DNA of 64,000 nucleotides from an uncultured Planctomycetia bacterium (GTDB lineage Bacteria; Planctomycetota; Planctomycetia; Pirellulales; S012-138): NCBI GenBank assembly GCA_963809785.1, contig CAWEKV010000003.1, positions 209,959 to 273,958 of the forward strand, read 5' to 3'. Shown piece by piece: positions 61,790 to 64,000 of this stretch (position 1 is its first letter; each line of letters starts with the position of its first letter). The notes under the pieces were generated by a model. It saw only the letters and a program-made list of their open reading frames with translations, ran no database searches and was not told where the DNA came from. The position numbers and the translations under genes were made by a program.

Positions 61790-62986
61790 CTATTCGTTGT
61801 CATCCTCCAGCAAATGGCAATAGCTCTCATATCGCCGCACATCCAGCAGGTCGTCGGCGACGGCGTTCTTTACGCCGCAGCCGGTTTCGTGCGTGTGCGA
61901 GCAATCGGGGAACCGGCAGCGATCGACGAAGGGCCGGATGTCGCGGAAGAAGCCGGCCACTTCGGCCGGGATCACGTCCCAGAGCTGGAACTGGCGGATG
62001 CCGGGCGTATCGACCACGTAGCCGCCGCCGGAGCAGCCGTCGCTGAAGAGACGGAATAGCTCGGCTGTCGTCGTGGTGTGCCGGCCCTTTTGTGTCTCCT
62101 GGCTGACTTCGGCCACCCGCAGGTCGAGCCGGGGATCGACGGCGTTGAGCAGCGACGACTTGCCCACGCCGCTTTGGCCGCAGACAACACTGGCCTGGTC
62201 TCGCATCGTCCGGCGCAAGCGGTCGATGCCAAAGCCGGTCTTGGCGCTGACGAGGAGCACGCGGTAGCCCATCTGTCCGTAGACGCCCACCAGCGGCTGA
62301 AGACTGGCCGGATCGACGAGGTCGATCTTGTTGATGCAGACGACGGGGCGGATGCCGGTCTTTTCGGCCGTGACCAGGAAGCGGTCGATCAGGTGCGGCT
62401 TGATGTCCGGCTCGGCGGCACTGCCGATGATGAGCAGTTGATCGATGTTGGCCACCAGCACCTGCTGGCGCCCGCGGCTAGTACGGCTGATGACGCCGCG
62501 GCGCGGCTCGACGCGCTCGATGATCCCCTCGCCGATCGCGGCTTGCCCCTCGCCGTGGCCTTCTGCGCTCGGGAGAGAGGGGCTGGCTCTCGAGGGTTCA
62601 GGGCGAAACAGCACGCGGTCACCGGCGACCACGACATTGCGCAGATCGGTGGACATTGTCTTGAGCAGCCGGCGCGTGGCGCAGAGATACTGCTCGCCGT
62701 CAGGGGTCTCGACGAGGTTCTTCAGCCCGCGTACGGCGACCACGCGGCCGGGCAGGCAGGCCTCATCGACCTCCCGTAAGACGCTGACGCCGGCGTTCTC
62801 GTCGTCCACGGCTTCGCCCACCACCGTGCGGCGGCGGGACAGTTCGCCCTTGCCGCTGATCCGCTCGTCGGCGGGCGCATCTTCTTCGCGCACGGTTTCA
62901 TAGGCCCGCGTCCAGTCGGTCTTTCTCGCCCGAGGAGTGCGGTTCTTGCGGAAGTCGGCGCGGAGCTTGCCTTTCTTTTTCGTCAC
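61790..62986 (-). CDS. rsgA: Ribosome small-subunit-dependent GTPase A
   Basis: Circularly permuted GTPase motifs are VCINKIDLVD, CGQSGVGKSSLLNAV, GRHTTTTAELF and DTPGIRQF. The zinc-finger region is RFPDCSHTHETGCGV. The start is either GTG 62984-62986 (VTKKKGKLRADF) or GTG 63016. Confidence 0.9.
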   Translation of the reverse strand: MTKKKGKLRADFRKNRTPRARKTDWTRAYETVREEDAPADERISGKGELSRRRTVVGEAVDDENAGVSVLREVDEACLPGRVVAVRGLKNLVETPDGEQYLCATRRLLKTMSTDLRNVVVAGDRVLFRPEPSRASPSLPSAEGHGEGQAAIGEGIIERVEPRRGVISRTSRGRQQVLVANIDQLLIIGSAAEPDIKPHLIDRFLVTAEKTGIRPVVCINKIDLVDPASLQPLVGVYGQMGYRVLLVSAKTGFGIDRLRRTMRDQASVVCGQSGVGKSSLLNAVDPRLDLRVAEVSQETQKGRHTTTTAELFRLFSDGCSGGGYVVDTPGIRQFQLWDVIPAEVAGFFRDIRPFVDRCRFPDCSHTHETGCGVKNAVADDLLDVRRYESYCHLLEDDNE

Positions 62987-63013
62987 GGAATACTGACACA
63001 GAGACGATCCGAA

Positions 63014-63104
63014 CACTAACCCGACGCGTAAGCGAGGGACCCTACGAGCGACTGGGCGTCTGCGGCAAACCGCCCCGCTTGCGCGCTTGCGCGTCGGGTT
63101 AGTG
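63014..63104. repeat. Repeat family B, complete inverted repeat
   Basis: cactaacccgacgcgtaagcgaggga ... ccccgcttgcgcgcttgcgcgtcgggttagtg. Confidence 0.85.
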
Positions 63105-63197
63105 TCGAGGGAGGCGCAACAAAAAAAGGCGAAGCTTGCGCCTCACTGGGAGATGGGCCCGGGTCGATCGGGTTCGCAGCGGCGCGACACGGCCGAG

Positions 63198-64000
63198 TTA
63201 CTTCTCGTCCGCTTCCTCCTCTTCTTCCTCCTCCCAGTCCTCGTCCTCGTCGTCGTCCCAGTCATCTTCTTCATCGTCCTCCCAGTCCTCTTCCTCTTCC
63301 TCCTCTTCTTCGTCGTCTACTTCTTCCCACTCATCGTCTTCGAAATCCTCGTCATCCGCTTCGTCATCCTCGGCCTCGAGATCTTCCTCGTCGTCGTCCT
63401 CGATGTCTTCGTCAGCGTCTTCCAGGTCCTCGTCGGCGCACGGATCGACCACCCTACGGTCGCTCACGGTGAGCCCGGAGGGAAAGGCCAACACTTCATC
63501 CTGCAGGTCGCAGTCTTGGGGGGAGAGCATCGCAATCTTCACGGCTGACTCCTCTGGGGTGTCCGTAGGGGAAACCTGTAACAACGTTGGCTCGGGTGTT
63601 GGTTCCGCTGGACTGGCGATGTTTCCGCGCCGCAGCGACACGGCCCGCGGCAGCTCGTCCAGGCTTCGCAGGCCAAACACTTGTAGGAATTTCTTGGTGG
63701 TCCCATACAGGAAGGGCCGCCCCAATTCTGGCGAACGACCCACGATCCGCACGAGATCTCGCTCTCCCAATTGCCGAAGCATCTCGCCGCACTGCACTCC
63801 GCGAACGGCCTCCAGCTCCGCCCGCAGCACCGGCTGCCGATACGCGATGACCGCCAGCGTTTCCAGGGCCGACGTGGACAACCGCACCTGCGCGGCCGGC
63901 GGATGCAACCGCCGCAGCCAAGGGCCGAAGCAGGGCCTCGTCAGCAATTGGAAACCGCCTGCCACCTCCTCCACGCAAAAGGCCGAATGCTCGCTGGGAT
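63198..64000 (-). CDS. scpB: Segregation and condensation protein B with long poly-acidic C-terminal tail (5' end outside window)
   Basis: EEVAGGFQLLTRP...LSTSALETLAVIAYRQPVLRAELEAVRGVQCGEMLRQLGERDLVRIVGRSPELGRPFLYGTTKKFLQVFGL is the ScpB winged-helix pattern. The ORF is open to the window edge. The last ~110 aa are D/E-rich. Confidence 0.85.
   Translation of the reverse strand, partial: PSEHSAFCVEEVAGGFQLLTRPCFGPWLRRLHPPAAQVRLSTSALETLAVIAYRQPVLRAELEAVRGVQCGEMLRQLGERDLVRIVGRSPELGRPFLYGTTKKFLQVFGLRSLDELPRAVSLRRGNIASPAEPTPEPTLLQVSPTDTPEESAVKIAMLSPQDCDLQDEVLAFPSGLTVSDRRVVDPCADEDLEDADEDIEDDDEEDLEAEDDEADDEDFEDDEWEEVDDEEEEEEEEDWEDDEEDDWDDDEDEDWEEEEEEEADEK

Overview
High-GC bacterial chromosomal segment, roughly 65-70% GC by eye. 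It is most consistent with a Planctomycetota (Pirellulales-like) genome. That guess rests on a giant surface protein with an N-terminal RLEDRQVLNA motif, WD40-fused Ser/Thr kinase and LRR proteins, a BatA/VWA membrane protein pair, a Cys-rich beta-barrel porin candidate, and many families of hairpin-forming intergenic repeats. I can support about 40 protein genes and saw no rRNA, tRNA or CRISPR array. Many core genes, including the essential alaS, are broken by +/-1 frameshifts that look like indel errors at short G/C runs. I therefore joined ORF fragments into single genes wherever the protein sequence clearly continues. There are four main points of interest. (1) A translationally coupled operon at 57.1-59.5 kb encodes a TIGR04222-like membrane protein ending in a Gly/Cys-rich tail, a DUF692 (MNIO-family) enzyme, and a small partner protein, which suggests a membrane-tethered RiPP-like Cys-modification system. 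(2) Two exported thioredoxin-fold proteins (18.6-21.2 kb and 25.5-26.6 kb) carry three in-frame TGA codons at the position of the catalytic Cys, each followed by a GC-rich hairpin, so they are candidate selenoproteins. (3) A degraded polymorphic-toxin island at 8.4-12.3 kb holds a 5'-truncated Rhs shell with an HNH-like C-terminal tip, an Imm21-like immunity gene and an integrase remnant. (4) An intact IS110-family element sits among host repeats and has a long structured 5' non-coding region. Everything here comes from reading the sequence and ORF translations. No database search was run, and family names are assigned from remembered motifs.
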